DNA of 63,963 nucleotides, filler included, from Octopus bimaculoides (GCF_001194135.2; 7 parts of 7 records of this genome joined end to end with filler, not necessarily neighbours in it); one strand, 5' to 3'. Shown: positions 1-12,551, numbered from the whole stretch's first letter. A program made the numbers and translations. Notes: generated by a model not told the origin, from the sequence alone.

Positions 1-136
1 TATATATATGTATGTATGTATATATACATACATACACACACACACATTATTTATGTATGTATACAGGTATGTGTGTATGTGTGTGTACACCCACCCACAC
101 CCTCACACACGCACGCACACACACACACATACACAA

Positions 137-169
<33 letters not shown>

Positions 170-170
170 A
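1..170. repeat. Compound (TA)n/(TG)n/(CA)n microsatellite
   Basis: Simple repeats read directly; explains the YIYI/HTHT pseudo-ORFs. Confidence 0.95.
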
Positions 171-1149
171 TTGGCAATATGGTTCAAAGAGAGGATCACC
201 TACATACTAAGCTAGCTCTCGTAAAAGAAAACATGTGTCGTCCAGTACCCAGATATGCATCTACATATACATGTAGATGTAGGTATGTACCTACATGCAC
301 GCATATATGCATATACTCACATATTATTTATATTATTACATGATCGAATGTACGTGTCCTTATTGCAAGTAAGTTTTAACTTTATATTTCTGACGCGCAC
401 TCTATCCATCTTTGTATCTTTCTTCCCTTCTCGTTCTTCCTTCTGTTGTTCTTCATCTCTCCCCTTCACTACTATATCCCTCTCTCACTCTTCCTTCCTG
501 TTTCTTGCTGCTCACCTATGTTCAACTTCCTCCCCTTTTTTCTCTCTCTACCACTCTTTTTCCTTACCCCTCGTTGATCACATGTGACCAACGGCTATTG
601 CTTTCTCTCCTCTCTTGGCCACTGCCAAGCAAGAACGAACTTTCTTCTCCCTTCCCCTCAAGTTCCTCAAATCACAGCGTTCAGTATACATATCTTTTCT
701 CGTCTGGCCTAACAGCCCTCCATATTTGTTTTCACTGGTTCGTTTTCCCTGTTGTGTTTTCTGTTTGCCACTTCATTCCTCCGCATCACAAATCTTATTT
801 AATTTACTTTGTGGGAAGAGCTATTCTAACAATGCGTCCTGCCCTAACTCTTCGAAACGCTTAGTTTAGAATAGGGGCAGCTGATGAAGGAAATGTTCTC
901 TATGTGGCCTGTCTGTTTTCCTCTGTGTTCCTACCGTTGTACGAAAAATGTTTGTTTTCCGTGCTTTGTTTATGTTCTTGTTTTTCATTTTGTCCACGTT
1001 TCTTTGTGACGTCCAGTACCCAGATATGCATCTATATATACTTGTAGATGTACGTATGTACATAAATATACGTATATATGCATATACTCACATATTATTT
1101 GTATTATTACATATAGGTATGTATATATATATGTATGTATATATATCTT

Positions 1150-1552
1150 TATTTCTTTCTTTTACTTGCTTCAGTCATTTGACTGTGGCCATGCTGGAGC
1201 ACCGCCTTTAGTCGAGTAAATCGACCCCAGGACTTATTCTTTGGATGCCTAGTACTTATTCTATCAGTCTTTTTTGCCGAACCGTTCAGTTACGGGGATG
1301 TAAACACACCACCATCGGTTGTCAAGCGATGTTGGGTGGGGACAAACACAGACACACAAACACAGACATACATATATATGTACACATATACGACAGGCTT
1401 CTTTCAGTTTCCGTCTACCAAATCCACTCTCAAGGCTTTGGTCGGCCCGAGGCTATAGTAGAAGACACTTGCCCAAGGTGCCACACAGTGGGAATGAACC
1501 CGGAACCATGTGGTTGGTAAGCAAGCTACTTACCACACAGCCACTCCTGCGC
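1150..1552 (-). mobile_element. tRNA-derived CORE-type SINE (octopus OR-like), full length with internal microsatellite
   Basis: Minus strand: tRNA-like head ggcgcaggagtggctgtgtggtaag...ggttccgggttcattcccact (A/B boxes), MIR-core-like ccttgggcaagtgtcttctactatagcctc, tail ggcggtgctccagcatggccacagtcaaatgactgaagcaagtaaaaga. Other copies at 1868, 25130, 29612, 37545. Confidence 0.85.
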
Positions 1553-1592
1553 CTATATGTATGTATATATATGTTTATATATATATATATGT

Positions 1593-1626
<34 letters not shown>

Positions 1627-1651
1627 ATAATACATATATATATATATATGT

Positions 1652-1697
<46 letters not shown>

Positions 1698-1720
1698 CAC
1701 ATGTATGTATGTATATATCT
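1553..1720. repeat. (TA)n-rich microsatellite
   Basis: Direct reading. Confidence 0.95.
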
Positions 1721-1721
1721 A

Positions 1722-1808
1722 TAGGGAGAATTCACAAAAAACAAAAGACAAAAACAGGTGGTGTAGACGACAAAGAGACATATTAGTTTAATGCTCATGA
1801 AGTGAAAA

Positions 1809-1812
<4 letters not shown>
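1722..1812. mobile_element. Fragment of a Penelope-associated repeat (homologous to 55616-55790)
   Basis: atagggagaattcacaaa...acaggtggtgtaga...tattagt...gaagtgaaaaa is shared with 55616-55690, where it adjoins a hammerhead-like motif. Confidence 0.55.
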
Positions 1813-1858
<46 letters not shown>

Positions 1859-1867
1859 TGTATATGT

Positions 1868-2012
1868 AGGGCTTCTTTCACTTTCTATTTACCAAATCCA
1901 CTTACAAGGCCAATGGTTGGTTTAAGGCTGTAGTAGAAGACACTTACCGAAGGTGCCATGTAGTGGGACTGAATACAGAACCATGTGGTTGGGAAACAAA
2001 CTTCTTACCAAA
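1868..2012 (-). mobile_element. CORE-type SINE, head/core fragment
   Basis: gggcttctttca...tagtagaagacacttaccgaaggtgccatgtagtgggactgaa...atgtggttgg matches the 1385-1530 copy. Confidence 0.8.
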
Positions 2013-2324
2013 CAGCTATGCCTTTTCCTATTCATAATTGTTATGGAAACAATATTACTTTCATTTAATGTATTGAGTACTTTCTGCTTTTTTGACCTAT
2101 GTACCACAGCTGATCATGTGCACAAACATGTATGACTGTGTGCATATGCATGCATGCACACAGAGAGAGGGGCACATGTAAAGCAATGCTATAAGTTAAC
2201 TGAATAAATAAAGGATTCCCATCCTGCCAATGCAGTGTCAAAGGCTCCTTCTTCAGCGCATTATACACACGTGTGTATGCATGTGTATAGATATATGTAT
2301 GTGTGTGCACATGTATGCATATAC

Positions 2325-2390
<66 letters not shown>

Positions 2391-2506
2391 GCACACACGT
2401 ACATGTTTACAAATACATATACATAGTTACAAACAAATGTGCATGTTTCTCTTTGTGCTTATTTCCAAGCATTTATATATTTACAAATACACACACACAC
2501 ACATCA

Positions 2507-2557
<51 letters not shown>

Positions 2558-3056
2558 CCTAATAATTGCAATTTGCTCAAGGCAAAATTTTGTATTTATT
2601 GCTATGTAAATCTTTAATATGTTTTATTCCTCAAGATATTTTTCTCTCTGTTATTTCTTATTTATTTATTATTTTCTTCCCCTTCAACTCTGTTTCTGCT
2701 TTTATCCACTAATAATCTGACTTTTGACATTTAGATTTGACTGAAAGAAAAACTAATTTTGTGTGGGAGCTAACTGAAGACTTCTTGCAATGAAGTGAAG
2801 AACTTAATAGAGTAATATTATCCATATACCTGCCTCAGGCGAATCATGACACACGAGCTTCTGTGGAAAGTGACATTTTTACCTGATTTTACTCTTTCAA
2901 CTGGAACAGGATTACGGAGTGTTGCTTCAGTTTCTCTGCACTGATTTCTTCCTACACACAGACACACTCACAGATGGACGCACAGACACACATACATATT
3001 TAGTAATACAGACATGTATGGATAAGAGTGTGTGTGTGAGTGTATATACATATGTT

Positions 3057-3100
<44 letters not shown>

Positions 3101-3319
3101 GCTGTCTTAAAACATGGGTAAACGGGTACTTATCTAGGAGATTCATAAGTCTAGAGGCCCAATGGTGATCTATGCATGGTCTAACTTGCTGTCAATAAAT
3201 ACACACTAGAGGCCCCAGGGCATTTGTTTCCATGGTCGACTGTTATGATCTTAAGACAGACATATCTATATCTGTCTATCTATCTGTCTGTTGTCCATCT
3301 CTCTTTCTCTCTCATCATC

Positions 3320-4270
3320 ATCATCATCATCATCATCGTTTAACGTCCGTTTTCCATGCTGGCATGGGTTGGATGGTTCGACTGGGGTCTGGGAAGCCAG
3401 GAGGCTGCACCAGGCTCCAGTCTGACCTGACAGTGTTTCTACAGCTGGATGCCCTCCCTAACACCAACCACTCTGTGAGTGTAGTGGGTGCTTTTTATGT
3501 GCCACTAGCACAGGTGCCAGAGGAGTCTGGAAATGGTCATGATTGGTAGGTGCTTTTTATGTGCCATCAGCACAGGTATCACAACTACAATTTCCAATTA
3601 GTTTTCATTTTGATGTTGATGTACTTGACTCAATAGGTCTCTCCAAGCACAGCAGGTTGCCCTACGATCCAAGGTACTTTTGAATGGGCTGGGGCTGGTT
3701 ATGCAAAACTGGTGTAGGTTACAGCTGTGAACTCACTTTATTTGCCAGGTCTTCTCAGTCACAGTATATCTCCAGAGCTCTCAGTCTTTTGCCATTGCCT
3801 CTGTGAGGCCCAACGTTCAAAGGTCATGCTTCACCACCTCATCCTATGTCTTTCTGGGTCTACCTCTACCCCGGATTCCTTCAAATGTTTGGGAGTGGCA
3901 CTTCTTCACACAGCTCTTCTCATCCATCCGTAGTACATGACCATACCAGCGCAAACATCTCTCTTGCCCACCACATCTGATGCTTCTTATGTCCGACATT
4001 TCTCTCAGGGTCCTTACAATCTGTCATGTGTGCACACTGACATTACACATCCAGTGGATCATGCTAGCTTCATTTATTTCGAGCCTATGCATGTCCTCTG
4101 CCGTCATGGCCCATGTAAAGCATGGCAGTTTGCACACATGCATCATACAGTCTACCTTTCACACCGAGTGAGAGGCCCTTTCTCACCAGTAGGGGTAGAA
4201 GCTTTCTAAACTTTGCCCAGGCTATTCTTATTCTTGTGGTAACACTCTCTGAGCATCCACCTCTGCTCTC
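3320..4270 (-). mobile_element. 5'-truncated RTE non-LTR retrotransposon (RT C-terminus and 3' UTR)
   Basis: Minus translation GGCSESVTTRIRIAWAKFRKLLPLLVRKGLSLGVKGRLYDACVQTAML and GIRGRGRP; 3' tail gcatggaaaacggacgttaaacgatgatgatg. Confidence 0.9.
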
Positions 4271-4274
4271 TCTC

Positions 4275-4316
<42 letters not shown>

Positions 4317-4874
4317 GCATACACCATCATGTTGTCATCGTGACCTCCATAATTTTTATCATGATTGCTTAGGTGCTTACATTTCAATGTTTGTATGGGT
4401 CAAATGAGATTACATCAGGGTAGAGTTCTTTTTTCTCTGTCCTTTCTGATACCATTCCCCACCTGCTTCCTGCTCAGGTAATAGAGTCTTCCAGTGTATT
4501 GATCAACAAATGGCAAACTCATGTAAAGATGAGTGGAAAGTCTGAACTTACTCATACTCTCATATGTATATATTCATATATATACCTGCATACACACACA
4601 TATATATGTGTGTGTGTGTGTGTGTGTGAATGTATGCATGTGTATATGTATATACATACATGTATCATTCTATCTTTCTCTCTCTCTCTCTTTACACACA
4701 CATACACACACCCACACACATATGTATGGAAAATATATATATATGTGAAAAATTGTTAAGATATTAAGTTATTTTTCTTAATATGAAACCAATAGTAGCC
4801 TTAATACATAAATAAAGAAATTTTTATCCACTAGTGCTCTGTCAAGCACTCATTCTCATCATTCAACATTTATG

Positions 4875-5218
4875 AGCGTGACCGTTACCAGTGTCGCCTC
4901 CCTGGCACTTGTGCTGGTGGCACGTGAAAAGACATTCTAGCGAGATCGTTGCCAGTGCAGCTGGACTGGCTCCTGTGCATGTGGCACATAAAATACACCA
5001 CTTTGAGCGTGGCCATTGCCAGTACCGCCTGACTGGCCTTCGTGCTGGTGGCACGTAAAAGCACCCTCTACACTCTTGGTGTTAGGAAGGGCATTCAGCT
5101 GTAGAGACTCTGCCCAATCAGATTGGAGCCTGGTGTAGCCATCTGGTTCACCAGTCCTCAGTCAAATCGTCCAACCATGCTAGCATGGAAAGCGGACGTT
5201 AAACGACGATGATGATGA
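4875..5218 (+). mobile_element. RTE 3' UTR-only copy
   Basis: gtggcacgtaaaagcacc...gttaggaagggcattcagctgtag...gctagcatggaaagcggacgttaaacgacgatgatgatga, the same tail family as 3320 and 25407. Confidence 0.9.
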
Positions 5219-5479
5219 CAAATACAAAAATGGGACAAGAACACAAAACATCAAGACAGTTTGGTGATACAAAAAAGAACCAACAAAACATCCATATAGA
5301 TGATACAAAGAAAACAATGACAGGTCATTCGGAGTTTTCTTTCCTCACTCAAGTTCCAGATTATCTTTGCAATTTTGACTGGTTGTACTTGAGATTGCTC
5401 CAATCTGGCCAGCTCCAAGGACAAACTAAGCTAACAGCACTAGATTCCATATAGAAACAATTATTTGGGCTTTGGATAT

Positions 5480-6140
5480 ATGTCTATTAGTATGTCAGTT
5501 AAAGCAGAGTCACCATTTTGGCTCCCGGTGCCACCCGCAGTTACGGTGTCATTTTTACTGGATCTACATCAAGAATTCTGCAGTGTTCATTAGCTTTCAA
5601 TTGATGAGGGAAACAGCAGCACAACTAGATGCACAATATCCTACCCATAAGGGACAGCTGCAGAATCGGTTGAAACAATCGTTGCATTGAATATAGATTC
5701 ATACCAAATCCATTTTCTGTTTCCATCATCAATTATATATATATATAATTATGGCAGTGTGACCTGGAGCATCTACAACAGATAAGATGTTTCAATACCT
5801 TGCACCTATGTCACCTGAGATGGACCCTTAATATCAAGTGGAATAATCCGGTTACCAACAATGAGGTCTCAGTCTATTCATGGGTATCCACATTCCTCAT
5901 CCTACTACAGCAATGATGTCTCCACCTGCAAAACCTTATGTACCACATATCATCAAGTGGGAGATTCCTAAAAGACCTGCAATGCAGGGATCTGGCTACC
6001 AGCAAGAGAACCCAAGGTCACCCTTACCATGTTTCAAACATGTCTTTAAGACAGGCATGAAGTCTTTTCTACATGAATGTTGAATTTGGGAGATGGTTGC
6101 TGATGATCAATTCCTGCTTGATACTAGAGTTAGGAGACTA
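5480..6140 (+). mobile_element. Old, heavily decayed RTE-type RT C-terminal remnant
   Basis: Broken-frame peptides resembling the RTE thumb/C-terminal region (GSVTWSIY, LNIKWNNPVTNNEV, PCFKHVFKTGMKSF). Confidence 0.55.
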
Positions 6141-7311
6141 GAGTAAGGTAAGGGTTAAAATGATGAAAGAAGGGTCTTGAGGATTGCTGAAGGAAAGAAA
6201 AGCTGTAAAGGAAAGGAAAGAAAAGAAAAGAAAAGGTTTGCTGAAGAAAAGAAAAGAAAAGAAAAGCAAGATTGATGGAAACATTAAGAGAAAATTGGAT
6301 GGTATTAATTTCGTGAACAGTCTGTTCTGTTGATTAGAACAACTGAAACTCTCATCATTGTAACAAACAGTGCCAGGCCAAAGTCAAGGCTGCCATCCAA
6401 TGATTGAAACTAGTAACAATAAAAGAACATGTAATGCATAGGTCTGTGTATGTGTGTGCGTGTGTGCATGTGTATATATATGTGTGTATGTATGTGGCTA
6501 TGTAATCTGTGTGTATGTATGTGTGTGGGTGAGTGTGTGTTTGTGTACCTGAGTACATTTTTACCAGGTTGGCTTTTATTTGTTAACTCACGCATTTGTA
6601 TCTGTGGCTTTTGTTGAGTTAAGGCCAAGGCTGCTCACTCTCTCTTTCTCTTTTACTTGAATGACTTCTCTCTCCCCTTCAACACCCCCTCTCTCTCTCT
6701 CTGTTACCATTTCTCTCCTTTCTCCCCTCTCTCTCACTGTAAATTTCCATTTTTGCGTCTTTCTGGTCTTGCAACCTTCATCATTCAAATTCATTCTTTC
6801 AGCAGAAAAAAGAACTCACTGTTTGGGGAGTGCAGTCTCCATACATGGCGGAATGACAGACTGTTGTCATGGAGATATGGAGAAGAGGAAAAGGAAGGAA
6901 ACAACGGAAATATTTAGCAGAGTGACTGACTGACTGACAGAAGACAGAGATATCGGGAGAGGGTTACAAGTTACACGGAAATAACCAAAAGTTACACTCA
7001 CACAGCCATGCACATACACACATACACACATACACACATACACATGCGTACACTCACAGAGTCATTCTTATGCAAGAATATACATGGCAAATATGTGTCT
7101 GCTCTTGCATGTCTATTAGATTACAATATTTTAGCTCTAGGGTATTGGACCTTCTCCATTGCATAAAAGTATAACCAAAAAGATGTATCAATAGGTAATG
7201 TGTGCCTGTGTGTATATATAATGTGTGTGAGTGTATATATGTATACATATCTATATCTATATCTACCTATCTATCAAGATATATATATATGTGTGTGTGT
7301 GTGTGTGTATA

Positions 7312-7395
7312 TCATCATCATCGTCTGCTTTCCATGCTGGCATGGGTTGGACGGTTTGGCTGAGGGCTAGTAAGCCAGTAGGTTGCACCAGGCTC
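7312..7395 (-). mobile_element. Short RTE 3' tail
   Basis: catcatcatcgtctgctttccatgctggcatgggttggacgg...gcaccaggctc. Confidence 0.8.
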
Positions 7396-7699
7396 ATATA
7401 GATGTATAAATATTTGCTCATATTGAACAGTGAAAATGAGTGCTCAACACTGCATTGGTAGGTAAATATTCTTTAATTGTGGCTCAACAAAGTTACTAAT
7501 GGTTTCATGTAGTGAGGAATTTCTCAAAGATTCTCAAGGCTGACACATGGAAACGTCGGTACTCGTCTCCGTCTTGGTATTTTCATCCAAAATGTGTATG
7601 GGTACCATTTGCATGAGGCAGGCTTCATAATCGTTGAGAGACTTTTCTCTCTACATGAAACCATCAGTAGCCTTGTTAAGCCAAAAATAAACAGTATGT

Positions 7700-7714
7700 G
7701 TATATATATATATT

Positions 7715-7804
<90 letters not shown>

Positions 7805-7815
7805 AATATATATAA
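7700..7815. repeat. (TA)n microsatellite
   Basis: Direct reading. Confidence 0.95.
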
Positions 7816-7932
7816 GAAAGGAAAAAGGGGAAATAGGTAAGTTTCTGATGATGTGGAAAGTTTAATAAATCTTTTATATTTCAGGCACAAAGGCCCAACC
7901 ATTTCATTAATCTCTTCTCATTTTCCCTATTT

Positions 7933-7988
7933 GTCTCTGATGATGGAATATCCCATACTCTGGGATATCACAGAAACAATCGTAAGAC
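7933..7988 (+). ncRNA. Minimal type I hammerhead ribozyme motif (Penelope type)
   Basis: gtct-CTGATGA-[tg..atatccca tactc tgggatat..ca]-GAAA-c aatc g-TA-agac. Stem I gtct/agac, 8-bp inner stem II, intact core, GUA cleavage triplet at 7982-7984. Confidence 0.75.
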
Positions 7989-8214
7989 TTTGAATTTTTC
8001 CAATAATAACAACGTATATGACTTCAGATGTTTGTCTTGCCTTAACACTTGTTGTCCTCTTTAGCAATTATATGTATAAATGTATGTATGTATGTATGTA
8101 TGTATGTATGTATGTATCTATCTATATATATATATATATACATATATGTGTGTGTGTATGTATATATATATATATACACACACATACATTTATACATACA
8201 TATACATATATATA

Positions 8215-8275
<61 letters not shown>

Positions 8276-8389
8276 ATATACTCTTTTACACTAAGTACCT
8301 TTACTCTTTATTCTTCTATTTTATTCCTTATAAACCGTTAGTTTTATTCCTTGTAAGCTACATTTTCCCTATCTAAACATTCCTTCCTT

Positions 8390-8411
8390 GTCTCTGATGA
8401 TGGAATACCCA
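8390..8411 (+). ncRNA. Truncated second copy of the 7933 hammerhead
   Basis: ttgtctctgatgatggaata is identical to 7931-7950; the motif breaks off in stem II where the GC-rich block starts. Confidence 0.6.
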
Positions 8412-9438
8412 GTGTGCGAGGACATGCTAACCTACCACTTGGGTTATCCCCAAAATCGCTGTAAGCGTCGTCCGGCTCTTTGCTCGCTCTGAATGATGCT
8501 GCATGAACGTGGTGGCGACCGCCTGGCTACCGTTGGAGTGTCCAGCCACGGCGTGGCCGGCCACGCAATCATCGAACTGCCGGCTCTTACCCCTTAATAC
8601 AGTCCGAACCCCCTTGGGGTGCAACGGTCACCTAGAGCCGTGACTGTTCCACGCGGTCCGACCCACAATTTTGCAGGTTGGACCGCATCACAGTATCGAC
8701 CGTGTCGCTCATGCGGCTAGAGATGCCACTGAGATGATGGCATTTCGATCGCACCGCTGCAGCCAGCTCGCACCGAATGACGCTGCTAATAGCTTGCTTG
8801 CTTGCTTCCTTCCAAGTTTCTTACTACTCACTGCTACCACTGACTACTCAATGTGGAGTTACTCCCATCGTTTGCCCACACCTCGTCCAATGCGTGTCTC
8901 GCTCTTCACAACTAACTCAGAGCAGAGATCGCGTTCGTGTGGGGCCGACCGGCACACGCACTCGTGCTCGATGACGCCGGCGAACTTGTTAGCCGTCGAG
9001 ACGACGGAGTTTAAAACGCAGCGTCGGTCGCCAGCCGTTTGCGACTGAGAAGTACATGCTCAATGCCGCTCACGACGACGACGACGTTTCTATCGCGCCA
9101 CCGAATCACAGTCGGCAGACCAGCCGTGCGACTCTACAAAAAAAAATCTCGCTTCTACGGAAACAGGGGAATTCCGAAGACCAGTCGTGTGCATCGCGTC
9201 TCGTTTGGCCGCGCACTCGCCTCTGCAAAGAAATGCCCTCCGACGACTCGCTGCAGTTTCTCCGTCGCTGCTTGAAACTTTCTTTTCCGTTCGTCTCCCT
9301 TTCCGCCACCGCGCAACCAGTACCGATGTTAATTTTTCTTTTTCCCACCACTTCCACCCGTCGCGCTCTGTTGTCTCTCGTCTCTCGATGTTCTCGGTTT
9401 CTCTGTGGTCGAGGATTCTCCCGTTGGCCGGATCAGCC
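8412..9438. other. Unclassified GC/CpG-rich block (probable mobile element segment)
   Basis: Abrupt compositional switch relative to the flanks; no recognisable protein in six frames; ends at an assembly gap. Confidence 0.5.
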
Positions 9439-9537
9439 NNNNNNNNNNNNNNNNNNNNNNNNNNNNNNNNNNNNNNNNNNNNTTAATTAATTAANNNNNN
9501 NNNNNNNNNNNNNNNNNNNNNNNNNNNNNNNNNNNNN

Positions 9538-9917
9538 NCTAGACGTCGAAAGAAATCTGACCGACCTGTTAAAGGAGGAACATAGACTGCTAGCAGCCGA
9601 AAAGCGCTTCCATCGCTGCCGTCGACATCCAGCACAACCAGTCTACCCTCCGGGTCTATGAATATCGTCTTTACTTCGAGATCCAGACTCTTGCGAAAAA
9701 GAACCGCCGTGCCACTACCGCCCATCCTCGGCAGACAGGGACAAAAATAAATGTTAAATTGTCCGCCAAGCATGGACTTTAGGGCCCGCGGCTCATGGAG
9801 TCTGGTCTCACTTATGACTATGATTCCCAAGTTATGTGACTTGATATCATTTAAGAGGTACCCTTGTTTCCAAGGGGACCCCAAGCCACGCGCATTTACA
9901 CAACCAATTTTGAGCAT
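9538..9917 (-). CDS. Tx1-type ORF2 apurinic-like endonuclease N-terminus (cut by gap)
   Basis: NARGL, SETRL, GTAVLF, GRLVVLDV, AVYVP motifs of LINE APE domains. Confidence 0.9.
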
Positions 9918-10542
9918 GACTCTATTGAAATATGTGCTTTAAAGCACAAAAAGAAAGGATTTTTCACCAAGGAGGCTGTTGTACAATTTTTTGCACAAAT
10001 ATTTTTGGCATCCCCCTACCGCATTGGGGTAGAGGGATTTTATTTTGTGGTGCAATGCTGGTGATATATTTTTATGTGTTTTGGCGGTGTTGTGTGTAGG
10101 TGATTGTTTGTTTTAATGTCGTTATTTATAATGTTTGTTTTTGACTTGATGTATATCATCAACTCTGTGTTTGTAGTGTCTGTTGCTGTGAGCATTGTTT
10201 TTTGGTATGTTATTATTGGTGTCGATCGTGTAGGAGTTGGGAATATTTTCGGGAGATATGAATCTCCCTGTTTTGTTGGTGTTTGTTTTTCTTTCTTTGC
10301 TCCTCTTCCTCCTTCCTTTTTGGGCTATTTGCCATTCCTCATTACTTTCGTCTTCAGACGAAATATCTGAGGAAGCGGAAGGGGGTAGGGGCATGTTGTA
10401 TGGATCTATGCTTGCTTATGTAAGTGGTTGTGTTGTTGTTTTTGTTGTTGTTAGTTGTTGAATTTTTGGTTGTGGTGTATGTGATGTGGGGGAAAGGGGA
10501 TCAGTTTTTCTATTGTCTTTTCTTTTTCTTCTTCTTTGTTTG

Positions 10543-11139
10543 TTAATTTTGCAGATTTTGTAGTTTTTTCTTTTGTTGATGTTGCTGATATTGGTTTTGT
10601 TGTTTTTTGTGTGGATGGCGGTGTGGGCAGCAAGGCTTTTTTATGGGTTTTGTTAGTTCTTGTTGTTGTTGTTGTGTTTTTAGGGCGGTCGGACACTCCT
10701 TTTTGAGGTGTGCCTCGCTGTCGCATAAGTAACAACGAGGCCGCCTGCTCTCTACCACTACATATAATTTTTGATGTGGTGACACACGGATGTAAGGTGG
10801 AATTTTCTGTATTTCCTCTTTGTTTATGTGGAACAGGATTTGCATTGTTTTTCCTGTCCAGTTGTTTTCTCCAACGGTGATTTGGAGGATATTTATATTC
10901 TCCATGTCGACACATATGGCCGATAGCAACCATAGTGTGTCTATTGTTGGAGGTGCATGTTTTATTGTTACCTTTGTTACCCTTTGGCCAAGGTAACTAG
11001 GTATCATTGTTATTTCTTGTGTTTGAAGAGTTAGCGTTGAAAATCTCTTTGCTAACTCTTCATTTCGAAAAGTCACTTGGACATGGACATATTTATGCCA
11101 CCAAGCGATGTATACTTTATCAGACCAGAGTGAGTGCAA
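10543..11139 (-). pseudogene. Tx1-type ORF1 (gag-like, CCHC knuckle), frameshifted
   Basis: C-X2-C-X4-H-X4-C motif; continues in other frames at 10122-10394 and 11343-11597; homologous to ORF1 at 16367-16750. Confidence 0.8.
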
Positions 11140-12515
11140 ACATTTCTGAATCTTGTCTGTACTGGCCTATTCTGGCCTCCTACTTTTAGTATTAATTACT
11201 TTGTATATGATGGTCCTTTTGTTTATCTCTTGTAATGTATGTTCGGGGATGTTTAATTGTACTTCATTATTTTCTTTTGTAATCAATTTTCTCATTTCTA
11301 TTATCTGTTGTGTCGTATAAGACACAATTGTTTCCTTTTGCTTCAAAGCTTCAGCAAAGTTTTTTTGTTATTGTTGTTATTGTTGTTGCTGGTGCTGGCG
11401 CTGGTATTGGTGGCAGATGTGGCATTTGTGACTGTGTCAGTGGTGTTGTGGCTTGTTTTTTCCTTTTTTGTATTGTTAGTTTTATTTGTTGTGGTAGAGG
11501 TGCGTAAATTTTCTTTATTTGAAAAGAAGACATCTATTTGTTTAGCTGTTTTCATTTTTTCTTTCTCTCTTTCGGTTGCTGCTGGTGAAGAGAGCAAAGG
11601 TTGAGTTGAATTGCTGTGGTAGCAGTGGTAGCCTTGGTGGTGTTGGGGTTGGTGACAGTGTTNNNNNNNNNNNNNNNNNNNNNNNNNNNNNNNNNNNNNN
11701 NNNNNNNNNNNNNNNNNNNNNNNNNNNNNNNNNNNNNNNNNNNNNNNNNNNNNNNNNNNNNNNNNNNNNNNNNNNNNNNNNNNNNNNNNNNNNNNNNNNN
11801 NNNNNNNNNNNNNNNNNNNNNNNNNNNNNNNNNNNNNNNNNNNNNNNNNNNNNNNNNNNNNNNNNNNNNNNNNNNNNNNNNNNNNNNNNNNNNNNNNNNN
11901 NNNNNNNNNNNNNNNNNNNNNNNNNNNNNNNNNNNNNNNNNNNNNNNNNNNNNNNNNNNNNNNNNNNNNNNNNNNNNNNNNNNNNNNNNNNNNNNNNNNN
12001 NNNNNNNNNNNNNNNNNNNNNNNNNNNNNNNNNNNNNNNNNNNNNNNNNNNNNNNNNNNNNNNNNNNNNNNNNNNNNNNNNNNNNNNNNNNNNNNNNNNN
12101 NNNNNNNNNNNNNNNNNNNNNNNNNNNNNNNNNNNNNNNNNNNNNNNNNNNNNNNNNNNNNNNNNNNNNNNNNNNNNNNNNNNNNNNNNNNNNNNNNNNN
12201 NNNNNNNNNNNNNNNNNNNNNNNNNNNNNNNNNNNNNNNNNNNNNNNNNNNNNNNNNNNNNNNNNNNNNNNNNNNNNNNNNNNNNNNNNNNNNNNNNNNN
12301 NNNNNNNNNNNNNNNNNNNNNNNNNNNNNNNNNNNNNNNNNNNNNNNNNNNNNNNNNNNNNNNNNNNNNNNNNNNNNNNNNNNNNNNNNNNNNNNNNNNN
12401 NNNNNNNNNNNNNNNNNNNNNNNNNNNNNNNNNNNNNNNNNNNNNNNNNNNNNNNNNNNNNNNNNNNNNNNNNNNNNNNNNNNNNNNNNNNNNNNNNNNN
12501 NNNNNNNNNNNNNNN

Positions 12516-12550
<35 letters not shown>

Positions 12551-12551
12551 C

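Larger units (their letters stand above)
9538..11662 (-). mobile_element. L1/Tx1-type LINE, 5' part (ORF1 and start of ORF2)
   Basis: ORF1 with zinc knuckle CYLCDSEAHLKKEC (10543-11139); ORF2 APE endonuclease starting MLKIGCVNARGL...ISETRL at 9917; both ends run into gaps. Confidence 0.9.

Noticed and set aside
8-2562. Numerous ORF-track entries rich in YI/HT/VC/ER repeats (here and throughout), and long ORFs spanning N runs
   Set aside because: These are translations of dinucleotide microsatellites or of gaps, not genes.
2774-2810. CTGAAGA-cttc/gaag hammerhead-like motif; also lone CTGATGA at 881, 6101, 7846, 36631
   Set aside because: They lack a correctly placed GAAA and/or a pairing stem I.
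8410-9438. Treating this block as the 3' continuation of the minus-strand Tx1 ORF2
   Set aside because: No frame resembles the RT or C-terminal region of the related Tx1 at 18298-20304.
9483-9494. TTAATTAATTAA flanked by Ns (also at 39338, 51936, 56248, 58941, 60302)
   Set aside because: An identical palindromic all-frame-stop 12-mer always centred in N runs is an assembly scaffolding linker, not biological sequence.
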